A DNA stretch of 64,000 bases. It comes from Torpedo marmorata. Its lineage: Eukaryota. Below are positions 50,010-62,308 of this stretch, one piece after another (the stretch's first letter is position 1; each line of letters opens with the position of its first letter). Under the pieces are notes generated by a model. The model saw only the letters and a program-made list of their open reading frames with translations. It searched no databases and was not told where the DNA came from. The translations under genes were made by a program, and so were the position numbers. Where the stretch lies: contig OZ360223.1 of NCBI GenBank assembly GCA_977017645.1, positions 1,922,001 through 1,986,000 on the forward strand, given 5' to 3'.

Positions 50010-50220
50010 AGAAGCCAAATGTCCCAAACATTATGGTGCCCTGAGATGGGGGAACTATGTATAAAAAGTGCTGTAATTTCTACATGGTCAAACCAAAATG
50101 TATACAAATAACCTAGAATAAAATCTGGAATGTGCACTTTAATTACATGTGAATTGTTTGATTATAAATTTAAAACTGTGGAGCACAGGGGCAAATAAAG
50201 GAAACAAAAAGTGTCTTTGT
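50010..50220. mobile_element. Possible Tc1-like terminal remnant
   Basis: Resembles recalled Tc1-type subterminal sequence (tgtcccaaacattatggtgccctg...aaaactgtggagcacagggg). No paired TIR found. Confidence 0.35.
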
Positions 50221-51291
50221 AAGTGATCCACAAGCAACTTTTTCCCAACGTCCTCACAGATATTAGATACTTCAAGGTTCAAACATTGTGGGATCTCTGT
50301 CACCAACAGAACTAAGTGTCTAGAAAATGGATGCATGTTAGAAGCAATGGACTGGATCTTGCTGGTTAATGTCCATAATTCCAAACATAAATGCTGATAT
50401 TTACCTATATAATTAAGTCCAGGACTTCCATGTGGAGTCCACCAGCAGGGCCTAATCTTGCTGAGATTCCCCTGCATTTATTATAGAGGATCGCCTCTTG
50501 GACACTGTGACTGGTCAGATCTGCTATTGGATCTGTAACCTGAGGATTGTAGGGTTTCGTCTTGGGAGGTGAAGGGTTAGTTATACTTTGAAAATTATTT
50601 AGTGTTTTCAATTATATATGTGTTTAGGCATTTTTGTTTACTATTTAAATGTTTCATAAATTTCCAGGTTAAGCAGGATTAGCAGGGGGGAATGCAGGCA
50701 TGTGTTTCCTCTTGGGGCTACTGGGTCAGCAAGGTATGACCCAGTACAACTGATTGTGGTAAACTGATAAAACTGGTATATTCACTGTTCTATTGGGGGT
50801 GGAAGAGCTAAAGGCTCGTTTCTTACCTTCATTGCGCCGTTCTGATGGTCCCAGCGGGTGTCGGAGTGTAGTAGGCCATGTTAGGCACAGGAGTACCGAC
50901 GGGCGCATGCGCAGTGGGTAGCTGGCTGGAGCATGCGCGATGAAAGGGTGGCTGGAGCATGTGCGGTGGAGCATGCACGATGGAATATGCGCGCAAATCG
51001 GAAAGGAAGTATTATAAAAACATGGCGACGTAGAGGAGGGTGAGTGAGATCGTCATAGTTTTCATTGACCGTTGTAAAGGAACTTTATAAAGAATCGCTA
51101 TTAAGAATCGTTATTAAAGAAAGTTATCGTGGATTGTTCATATTTCGTTAAAGAAGATATTTAAGTTATTGAAGATTGCTACAAGTCATCGTGTGTTAAT
51201 AAACATTTTGAACATATTGGACTTTGTTAATAAATTAATTGAAACGCGTCAAGAACAAGTGTCTCACCTAGCCTCCAAGTGACTATTTATT

Positions 51292-51971
51292 GGTACATAA
51301 TTCCCTGAAAGTTGAGTCACACGTAGATAGGGTGGTGAAGAAGGCATTTGGTGTGTTGGCCTTCATAAATCAGAGTATTGAATATAGGAGTTGGGATGTC
51401 ATGTTGAAGTTGTATAAGGTATTGGTGAGGCCAAATTTGGAATATTGTGTGCAGTTTTGGTCGCCGAATTATAGGAAGGATATAAGCAGAATAGAGAGAG
51501 TGCAGAGGAGATTTACAAGAATGTTGCCTGGGTTTCTGGGTTTGAGTTACAGGGAAAGGTTGAGCAGGCTGGGACTTTATTCCCTGGAACGTAGAAGGTT
51601 GAGGGGTTTTTAAAATTATGAAGGGGACAGATAGAGTCAATGTGGACAGGCTTTTTCCATTGAGAGTGGGGAAGAATCAAACAAGAGGGCATGGATTGAG
51701 ATTGAAGGGGGAAAAGTTTGGAGGAAACATGAGGGGGAATTTCTTCACTCAGAGGGTGGTGGGAGGGTGGAACGAGCTTCCGGCCGAAGTGGTAGATGCA
51801 GGTTCAATTTTAATGTTTAAGGAAAAGTTGGATAGGTATATGGACGAGAGAGGTGTGGAGGGTTATGGGCCGGGTGCGGGTCAGTGGGACTAGGTGGGAG
51901 AAGGTGTTCGGCATGGACTAGAAGGGCCGAACTGGCCTGTTTCTGTGCTGTAATTGTTATATGGTTATATA
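51292..51971 (+). mobile_element. CR1 3' fragment inserted in the BEL 5' LTR
   Basis: LYKVLVRPNLEYCVQFWSP...TRGH and a (gttatatg)-type tail. Absent from the 3' LTR. Confidence 0.92.
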
Positions 51972-52443
51972 TGAAGTCACTACATTTTAGTCAATGAAAA
52001 CTTTATTGTTTGGAACGGAAAATTGAAGAATAGAAGATAGAATAACCTCTCTGTTCTTTGGATTGATATTTAAAATAAGATGGTGGCCATCTTGGAAATG
52101 CCTCGAGTTAGGGGCAGTTTGTAATCCACATCCATCTGCCATGAGTAACAGCCAGAGAGGGATTCAGAGATTCTAATCTTATAGTAAAGTATCCTATAAA
52201 CACGTTGGTGAAACCATTTCTTGAAAATCAGCGATATTATTGACGGATGCTGTGGTGGAAACTCGTTTGTGAATAGCAGCACATTACAGCCATCTGAAGT
52301 GGTAGGCATAAGTCTGTGGACTCCTTCTGTGTATCTTTGGCAAATTTGAACACAGTTTGGATTTGCCGCCGCTAGTCCATTGGGGACTGTTGATTTGGCT
52401 AGTGTTGTGTATGCTCGAAGGACGGTGGAACAAAACGAGTAAA

Positions 52444-55400
52444 ATGGCCGCAGCAGCCGCTGATGTTGCTGTTGAGGAACAACGTATTGAAGACATGAAG
52501 GTTGTGGATCTCAAAGAAGAATTGAGGCAAAAGAAACTAGATACAAGTGGAAATAAAAATGTTCTCATTGCAAGACTGAAGCTGGCAAAAGTAGAAGAGG
52601 CGGTGGCTTCGATTGATGGGAATGAAGACATTTTGCAAACTCATTGCAGAAGACAACGACTGAACATGAAGACAGCAACGTGGAAATGGTTGATGATGTG
52701 TCACCAAATGGTGATGAAGATGAAGAAAACGAAGAGGATGAAGATGTAAAGGATGTACAATTCGAATTGGTGAAAGAGTTAAGTAAGAAAAATACAAGCA
52801 TGTGACAGTGTCTCAAATGTTGAAAGCAGGAGAAGCAATCAAAGTTCTTCTGGTTCAAGCTCCAGAGTTTCTCGTACTTCAAGTTCTGCATCGTCACGTA
52901 CAAAGATTGAAGCTGAATTGGCCGCTCTTCTTGTACGACAAAAATCGCTTAAGGATAAACATGTTTTAGAAGAACAGGAGGAGCAGCTAAGAGGACAGGA
53001 GGAACAGCTAAGGCAGAAACAGGAGCAGCTAAGGCAGAGCCAGAAGCAGCTAAGAGAACAGGAGGAGCAGCTAAGGCAGAGCCAGCAGCTAAGGAACAGC
53101 CAGGAGCAGCTAAGACAGAGAAAGGAGCAGCAGGAGCTGGAAGCAAACATTGCTATTGCTAGGGCCAGAATGAAGGTACTAGAAGGCTCAATGGTATCTG
53201 GTGCTCGGAGTAAATTATCTGAAGTGTGTGATGATAAGAAGTCATATTTTAAAAAAGAGCCACAGGAAAATAAACCAACCAAAAAGGGAGTAGATATTTT
53301 AGTACCACGGGTACAAGACTTGCAAATACAAGGACAAAGCCTCCCAGAGCATGGTGTTATCAAGTCACATGTACCAGTGGTAACATCCGAAAACAAAGAT
53401 GCGGCTTGGGTTCAGTCAAACGATGCAGCTTCCTTGACATTCGAGTCAAGCATCAGAAATATGGGAGAAACTACACCAGTGAAGGTTTCCAGATACATTA
53501 CATGTAACAAGAGGCGGTGAACAGAGCAATGTATTATCATCCATGGAAAGACAAAATGAAATCGCTGCATCATTGATTCAGTTACAGTCTCTCTCTTCTT
53601 TTCCCAAGAAAGAGAGACAAACTTTTTATGGTGATCCACTTCAGTACCAAGCGTTCATGAGATCTTTTAGACGCAATATTGAAAATAAATGCCAAGACCC
53701 TGATGAATGTTTTTATTATTTGGAAATGTTTACAAAAGGATAGCCAAGGGAACTTGTAAAGAGTTGTCAACATATGTCCTCGGATAGAGGATTAGAAAGA
53801 GCTAAGGCTTTACTAGAACAACATTTTGGCAACAAGCATCGAATTGCTTTAGCTTATATGGATAAAGCTCTTAAATGGACATCAATAAAACCGAATGATG
53901 TAAAAGCTCTACAAGCATACACGCTCTTTTTAAGAGGATGTTGTAATGCCATGGAAGGTATCGATAATATTCGTGAGCTTGACGTGCCTGGAAATATGCG
54001 AATCATCTTAGATAAATTACCTTACCGGATGTGGGATAGATGGAGAAATTTGGCTTGTGATTTCCAGGAAAAATACAATCAAAGAGCTACCTTAAAGGAT
54101 TTGGTAGATTTCCTTGAACGACAGGTGTACATTGAAACAGATCCAATATATGGAAATACCAGAGACACTTCAATGGGGAACAAAGATGTAAGGAGGTCTA
54201 ACTCACAGTCTAGTCCGAAATTTAAAAGGAGTAATTTTGCTACTACTGTGTCAGTTATAAATAAAGAAAAAGATAAAGTAAATAAGGAAAAGGAAAGTTT
54301 GCCTGATGAGAAGAGTTGTTTGTTCTGTAAAGGTGGACATGCTTTGGAAATGTGTTTAAGGTTAGAAAAGAAGGAACATAATGAGAAGATCGCTTTCTTA
54401 AAGGAAAAAGGAGTATGTTTTAGCTATCTGTGTCAAGGGCACATCAGTAAAAACTGCGAGAAGCGAATTAACTGTAACAAATGCAATTTGAAGCATCCTA
54501 GAATGTTGCATATCCATCAAAGAAACAAGGAATTGGAAAAGGAGCAAACAGAAACAAAGGAAACATCAGAAAACAATGTTACAACCTCGGTTAAGACAAG
54601 TGGTCTTACCGGGGCCGGTGTGGATAACTGCAAACTTTCAATAGTGCCTGTACAAGTCAAGACCAAGAAAGGGGCTGCAACAGTACATACATGTGCATTT
54701 TTCAATCCAGGCAGCACTGCATCTATTTGCACGGTGGGACTAATGAACAAACTTAATCTTCGGGGAAGAAGGTCGAGGATTATGTTGAAAACCATGGGAC
54801 AAGAAAAGGTAATTGAAACCAGCATTGATTCAGGCTTAGAGGTTTCTGGATTGCATGACAAAGAATTTTATGATCTTCCAAGTTTATACACTCAGAAGAC
54901 TATGCCTGTGCACGAAGGAAACATTCCACATAATAATGATATCCATCATTTGTCTTATCTGTGGAAGGTTTATAAACCTGAAGTTAATTGTGAGGTAGAG
55001 ATGCTGATTGGTTCAGATGTACCAAAGGTTTTGGAACCACTAGAAGTAATACGGAGTAGGGTAAATGGACATTATGGTATTAAAACCAAGCTTGGTTGGA
55101 CGATTAATGGACCATTAGAAAGAAATAATGATATTGCTCAGGAACAGTTAGCGATAAATGTAAACAGGATTTTGGTTGTGAAATTTGATGAGTTAAGGGA
55201 AGAGCAAAAGATTGTAAATAAGAAAGTCACTTTTGAAGAAAAGAAAACAAATCAATGTGAAAATAAATCAAAGGTATTTAAAACAACATTGAAGGAATTA
55301 TTTTCATCAGAAATGGATGAAAATGAAGTATTAGAAGATGTTACAAATAATACTAGTGATTATTCCTGTGTAATTGAATCTGAAGCAGGACTAAAACAAA

Positions 55401-56233
55401 TGACTGAGAACAAATTTGAAAGTAGCTTTTGTAGCTCAGAGGTTACAGCAGACAAAGTCAATGAAGAAATGTTGCAACATGATGCAAAACAGGCAAAAGA
55501 AGAAAATTGCACTGATGGAATAAGGAAGCATGTGACTGACAATTTAATGCAACTGTATTCAGAGAACAAAATATTGAAAAGGGAATTGGAAATATTGGAT
55601 AATCATGAAAAAAGTAAACAGAAAGATTTAATTGTAAATAAAATTCACAAAGCCAGAAAGCGGAAGAAAATAATAACTGCTGAAGAAATAAATACAGTTA
55701 TTGAGGAAAGAGATTCAGCATTATCAAGATGTAAAAGGTTGGAGGAAGAGATTCATCTTTTGAAAGAGAACAAGTTATTGGTTAATTACACAAAACAGCT
55801 GACTGTAGAAAACAATCAAGAATGTAAATTGAAGGTTCAGCTACTAACAATGCAGAAAGAAAGTGATATTTCATTGCAGCAATGTAACAAGCAAGATGAA
55901 GAAATTCAAACATTTCAAGTTTACCACAGCAGGGTTGACAATAGAAATATCAATGTATCACATGATCTTTTCACTTCAGATCAAGTTGTTAATTTCTCAG
56001 AAGAAAATGAGACTGAATTGAAAGTTGCAAAATTGGATTTGGAATTGCAGGAAAAGGCAATAGAAACCAGAGTGGTTGAAAAGACTGCAGTTTTAGTTAA
56101 AGTGAAACGACATGCTGAAGAAGTACCTCATGTTAAATTCAAAAGGAAAACTGTATCTATTTTGTCTGAGGATGATTTGAGGTTTACTGGTGGACGTTTT
56201 AACTCAAAGATTCTGGAGATAGAGGAACTTTGA
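52444..56233 (+). pseudogene. Chimeric SAP-gag-protease-MIPOL1-like reading frame of the BEL element (frameshifts and stops in the 5' third; 53774-56233 open)
   Basis: SAP motif at 52483-52590, BEL gag from about 52800 and MIPOL1-like segment at 55625-55930. Confidence 0.8.
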
Positions 56234-57321
56234 TAAGTACAAACTGACTGCATTTTGTTATTTTTGTATACTACACAGGTTACAGACTTTATTGATCCAG
56301 AGTGATGGTAAACTCTGGTCTTATGAAGAAAGAAGATTTGTATATTGTTTGAATGTTATATGTTTATTTTTATTTGTAATTGATTGTGCAATTATTATTT
56401 AAGACATTGCGTCTCATTATAATAATTAGGGACCGGTGTAAGAGCCAAAGGCTCATTTTTTACTTTCATTGCACAGTTCTGATGGTCCCAGTGGGTGTCG
56501 GAGGAGTACCGGAGTTTAGTAGGTCATGCTAGGCCTATTGACTACTCTGCGCATGCATGGGAGTGCCGACGGGCACATGCACAGTGGGTAGGTGGCTGGA
56601 GCATGCGCGATGAAAGGGTGGCTGGAGCATGTGCGGTGGAGCATGCGCGGTGGAGTATGCGCGCGTATTGGAAGGGAAGTATTATAAAAACATGGCGACG
56701 TAGAGGAGGGTGAGTGAGATCGTCATAGTTTTCATTGACTGTTATAAAGGAAATTTATAAAGAATCGCTATTAAGAATCGTTATTAAAGAAAGTTATCGT
56801 GGATTGTTCATATTTCGTTAAAGAAGATATTTAAGTTATTGAAGTTACTACAAGTCATCATGTGTTAATAAACATTTTGAACATATTGGACTTTGTTAGT
56901 AAATTAATTGAAACGCGTCAAGAACAAGTGTCTCACCTCGCCTCCAAGTGACTATTTGTTGGATTGAAGTCACTACAGGGGGTATCATGGAGGCAACACA
57001 CTCACTGATTGTACAATTTTTGATCAGGTTGTCTTCTAATTGGTAGATATAACTAAGGAATAATTGATATCAAGTCATTTTAAAATCAAAATGGAAGAAA
57101 TATTGTAGTGAAGATGATGAGATAGAGGTTGTATTGCTTATGATTGCACTGATGCACATGGTCGATAGGTTCTGGTAAATAATCAGTACATATTAATATT
57201 GGTCTGGATATTTATTGCTAGAATGATTACAAACAGCTGCATTCAATTGTAACAAAATGCAATATATTTTTTAAATGTTTGTCACTGTCAAAAGTTTTAC
57301 TTTGTTTTCTCTTTGATCCAG

Positions 57322-57372
57322 AAAATGAGTGAATTCAAAAGCGTGGATCCACACCCCTCCCTCTGCATGAAG
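57322..57372 (+). CDS. IL17RC: IL17RC-like 51-nt exon (KMSEFKSVDPHPSLCMK)
   Basis: CAG/GTAAAG boundaries, phase 0/0. Same length as KVLEFPLLKGHPNLCVQ, with the HP.LC motif. Confidence 0.9.
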
Positions 57373-57619
57373 GTAAAGTTTCTATCAGCATCACATAATG
57401 AAGGAACTGCAAATAGAGATGCATTTCAAACAGTATATTTGCCATTATTGGACTGGATTTTTTTTTCTTCAAAGTTCAAGTTCAAGTTTATTATCATATG
57501 ATTGTACATACTGTATGCAACCAGACGAAATAGTGTTTCTCTGGACCACGGTACACTTACATACACACACAATACACAGCACATAAAAGTCACATATATG
57601 CAGTACATACAGATATAAT

Positions 57620-58562
57620 GTCTTTCTTTTTCAATCTTTTTATTGGTTTTTGAGAAAAAAAATTCAAATACGTAGATACGTATGATATAAAGTTCAGATA
57701 AAAGTAAAATAAAATTACAGATAGTAAACAACAGTAAACAAGATACATATGATCCATGTTATTGATTAAAAAAAGAAAAGAAAAAAAATCTACAACTAAT
57801 CTAATTTCTAATCCCAACCTATTATATGAGCGGTTCCTATTTAAGCCAGGCATCAACTACTAATTTCAATACTAATAGTTCAGGAATTGAAGAAAAAGAG
57901 AAAAAAAATAAAAAAGATTTTTAATAACAAACAAAAATAATTGATCTATAATTTTGAAAATAATTGAAAAAAGAACCCCAAAGAGAAAAAAAATTAATAC
58001 TCCTTTTAGTAGTTGAGCACCTAATTTTCTCTAAAGAAAGGGATGCCATCAAATCCAATAACCATTGTGTATGTGTGGGAGGGACAACATCTTTCCACCG
58101 CAGCAAAATGAGCTTCTAGCAATCAGGGAAGCAAAAACAACTACATGGGATTGAGATGGAGTCAAAATTAAGTCCATTGGTCCACTCATTCCAAAAATAG
58201 CAATGAAAGGGCTCGGGGACAGATTTATATCAAGAATTAAAGATAGTTTACTAAATATCTCTTTCCAGTAGTTACAAAGGGAGGGACATAACCAAAACAT
58301 GTGATATAAAGTACCTTCCTGAGTTGTACATTTATCACATTTAGAGGATATATTAGGGTAAAATTTAGCTAATTGAACTTTGGAATAGTGGGCCCTATGG
58401 ACAACTTTAAATTGTAATAAGGAATGTCTAGCACAGAGAGAGGATGAATGTACATTTTTCAAAATAGACTCCCATGTATCTTCAGCAAACAGTTGTTGAA
58501 AGTCATGTTCCCAAACTTTCTTAATGTTAGATAAAGAACTATCGCTGAATCTTAAAAGTAGT
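57620..58562 (-). mobile_element. L1-clade LINE 3' fragment
   Basis: LLQFKVVHRAHY...KCDKC...GTLYHMFWLC, then 3' UTR with AATAAA and A-tail. Confidence 0.85.
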
Positions 58563-58809
58563 TATTGGACTGGATTTTAATGTGAGGAAGTAATATTGAC
58601 GTGTTTTGATGGAAATGCTCAGACAGTTCTCCAAAACCTGCCTGTCTGTGTACCCTCATTCACAAGTCATTTGATGGGAGCCGCGCTCTGTCCTTTCCTG
58701 CTCCTCCTACTCTCTGTCCTCTTTTATTGAGCTAAAATAAATGTGTGATCTCTCCTGATACTTTGCTAGGATGAAGCAGAATAAAACTGTAAATAATTGT
58801 GGTGATGTA

Positions 58810-59075
58810 GGGGCAGCACGGTTGGCGTAGCAGTTAGCGCAACTCTGTTACAGCGCCAGCGATCAGGACCGTGGTTCGAATCCCACGCTGTCTGTAAGGA
58901 GTTTGTACGTTCTCCCCGAGTCTGCGTGGGTTTTCCCCGGGGACTCCGGTTTCCTCCCACCATCCAAAACGTACCGGGGTTGTAGGTTAATTGGCTGTAA
59001 ATTGGGCGACACAGACTCGTGGGCTGAAATGGTCTGTTACCATGCTGTATGTTTAAAATTAAAAATTCTAAATTT
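58810..59075 (+). mobile_element. tRNA-derived V-SINE (HE1-like)
   Basis: A box tggcgtagcagttag, B box ggttcgaatcc and V-domain ggagtttgtacgttctcccc...tccggtttcctcccac. Confidence 0.85.
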
Positions 59076-59606
59076 AAATGGTAGTGAGGATGTCTACTGA
59101 GATCAAATAGGTGGGGATGTAATGATCACACTGAAATACTGTTTGGACTTTATATAGAGGATGGATGGAGATAGCTTGGGAGTCAGCTGCTCATCAGTTG
59201 TGGGTTTGTCTTCCCCATTAGTCAGAGGTTCTGCTCTTGCAAAAGGTCCAATTTCAGTACCTACTTCTGCATGTGAACCATTATAACGCTGTTTAAAATA
59301 TCTCTAGTTAATTTAACAATATTGTTTTGATTTGTTTCCTCCATTGTAAGGACATTGTCGGCAAATGCCAGCATTCATTATTCACCCCTAATTTCCACTG
59401 AACTGAGAAGGCAGTTAAGGATCAATCAGAATGGTGGGTCTGGATTCACACGTCAGGTAGACGGTGCAGAAGGTAGATTTCTTTCTACCATATAACAAGA
59501 TTAAAGAACAAGATGGATTTTTTAAAACAATCCAGCAGTTTCATGGTTAATGTAACATGGACTAGCTTTTTTTAAATTCCAGATTTAATTAATTATCTGA
59601 ATATAC

Positions 59607-61552
59607 TTTTTTTTAACCAAAAATAGACTTTATTCACAATAAATTATTTACAAAAGGAAAACCAAAGTCTCTTCCCCACCTTAGTTTCGTCTCCATACAT
59701 TTTCATCACTGTACATTCTTACATTCATTTCTATTTACAACATTACCATCACTGTGGCATTTTGCATTACTCCCCGCTCTGTTGTTTCAGGGGCTTCCCC
59801 TTGGTCTCAGCCTCTCAATGCCCGGTAATGCAAGGACTCCCCACAGCGGCCTCGCGTTGGCTGCACCAAGCCTCAGTGTGTCCCTCAGCACGTATTCCTG
59901 CAGCCTGGAATGTGCCAGTCGGCAGCATTCCTCCACCGACATCTCCGTGTGCTGAAAGACCAGCAGGTTTCGGGCAGACCAAGGTGTGTCTTTCACCGAG
60001 TTGATGGTCTTCCAGTCATTCTGGATGTCTGACTCTGTGTGTCCCCGGTACAGCCCGTAAATCAGAGAGTCCTCTGTCACGCTGCCGCTGGGGATGAACC
60101 GTGACATTGACCCTTGCATCCTTCTCCACACACTCTTAACAAATTGCATTCTGCAAAGAGGTGGGCGACTGTCTCCACTCCACTGTAGTCATCTCGAGGA
60201 GAACATGCGTTGTGAGTGATATTCCGATTGTACAGGAAGGATCTGACCGGGAGGGCTCCTCTCACCGCCAGCCAGGCCAAGTCCTGGTGCTTGTTCGTAA
60301 GGTCTGGTGATGAGTCATTCCGCCAGATGAGCTGGATGGTCTGCTCCGTGAACCACCCCACAATGTTCCATCGAGTCCTCATCCCTCAGTGTCTGCAGGA
60401 CATTCTGTGCTGACCATTGCCTGATGGCCTTCTGGTCAAAGGTATTTGTTTCCCCCACCACCTATCCTTCGTGGAAAAGTTTTTCCAAAGTCCAGCTGAC
60501 TGGGACATTGCACTCACCGGGGCAACACCTGGGACAGGTAGAACCTCAGCACATAGTGGCACTTGGTGCCCTCGTACTTTGGTTCCACGCACAGCCTGAA
60601 GCAGCCACACATGAAGGTGGTCATCAGGATGAGGGCCATGTTGGGTACGCCCTTGCCTCCATTGTCAGGCGACTTGTACGTGGCAACCCTTCAGACACTT
60701 TCCATCTTGGATCCCCATATGAACTGGAAATCAGCTCTGGTGGCCAGCAGGGTGGAGGTGCGGTAGATGGGCCACACCTGCAGCACGTACAGCAGTACTG
60801 AGAGCACCTTGCATCTGATGACCAGGTTCTACCACGTTATTGAGACAGAGCGCCGTGCCCACATACCTAATGTCTGGTTGTCTTTTGCGATCCACTCTGA
60901 CTAATTCTTGTTGCACGCCTCAGCCCCTCCAAAGCAGATCCCCAACACCTTTGGGTGGTCAGGTCTGACTGTGAAGGGGAAGGTGGACCAGTTACCGAAG
61001 AGCATTGCTTCACTGTTCTTCCGGTTTACCCTGGCACCCGATGCTGACTCAAAATGGCTGCAGATGCTGATCAATGTGCAGACTGATCGTGTGCTCGAAC
61101 AGAAGATGGAAATGCACAGGGAGGCCTTGACCCGAGCGCCTCCACTGCCTGGCAACGTCACTCCTCTTATGCCCTTGTTCTTCCTGATGGATTCAGCAAA
61201 GGGCTCTATGCAACACCCAAATAAGACTGGAGAGAATGAGCAGCCCTGCCTGACTCCAGACCTGATGGGGAAGCTATGTTTCCCACCCATTGATTTGGAT
61301 TATGCTATGAATGTCTGTGTAGAGCAGTTTAATCCAATTCCGGATTCCCTCCCCAAAGCCCATTTTGGAGAGCATGTCCATCATGTACATGTGTGATATC
61401 CAGTTGAAAGCCTTCTCCTGGCCTAAGCTGACCAGACAGGTGTCCACCCCGCCTGTCCTGCACGTTGGCAATGGTATCTCTGAGCAGCGCGAGGCTCTCT
61501 GAGATTTTCCTGCCCAGAACTGTGCAGGTTTGATCTGGGTGGATCACCTGTG
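59607..61552 (-). mobile_element. Tx1-like LINE ORF2 (RT and zinc-binding C-terminus), decayed
   Basis: VIHPDQTC, GVRQGC.FSP.LF..IEP, LTNKHQDLAWLAVRGALPVR, ETVAHLFAEC and an A-tail at about 59610. Confidence 0.88.
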
Positions 61553-62308
61553 ACATTCAAGACCCCGGCGGGATGGAAGCGGATGCTCCGGGAATTCCAG
61601 GAGAAGGGGAACGTGGCTCCACTCTCACTATTCAAGCCACTCTTCACCCTTCCAACGCAGAAGGAACAAGTGATAATGGTCACATGTTAAACCCACATGT
61701 ACCAGTCCGTGGACGTGCTCACCTTCCTGGGCCATCGAGGGGGCAGGGACCTGCGTGGACGTCAAAGACACGTTTGGGATCTGGACCAGCAAATGCCAAG
61801 TGAAGGTGAAGCTGAGAGAGGACAGTAAAGGGGCCATCATCCACCCCCCCCCCCCTCGGTGCTTGCCATTGGAGGGAACCGTGGGTACCTGGTCTACGCT
61901 GGACAGCCCAGGGTGTACAACTGCAACAAACCTGGACATGTGGCAGCCCAATACAGTGCAGTCATCTGTGAGAACTGCAGGCAGGAGGACACCAGACCAG
62001 GGGCTGTGCAGAGAGCAAATGCTGCAACCTGTGTGGGGAAGCAGACCACCACTAAAATGTCCAAAATGTGCAGCCACTTTTGCACAGGCGAGAAGGGGGC
62101 AAATGGCCAACATCACCACCTCCCAACGAGCTCAACACCCCCTCAATATCAACTGCCACAGAGACCCCGGCAGACACCGAGACCAGGGGGAGAGAGGAGA
62201 GCCCAAGCACGGCCACCTCAAACTCCAGCCACAAGGCTGGAGGCCCCGACGGAGGAGGAGGGAGCTGCAGAGGAAAAATGGCAGACTGTAAGGAAAAGAA
62301 AGAAAGTT
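61553..62308 (+). mobile_element. Tx1-like ORF1 fragment, inverted relative to the adjacent ORF2
   Basis: DTFGIWTSK.QV, GYLVYAGQPR, degenerate CCHC knuckles and WQTVRKRKK. Confidence 0.75.

Larger units (their letters stand above)
50800..56977 (+). mobile_element. Non-autonomous BEL/Pao LTR retrotransposon with captured host-like sequence
   Basis: LTRs at 50800-51984 (CR1 inserted) and 56437-56977, TSD GGGGG. BEL gag (FYGDPLQY..F, three Cys/His clusters) and protease region (AFFNPGS, MLIGSD, TKLGWTINGP) are present. No RT, RNase H or integrase. Confidence 0.93.

Noticed and set aside
58810-58885. tRNA gene
   Set aside because: The A and B boxes belong to a V-SINE head and there is no full cloverleaf.
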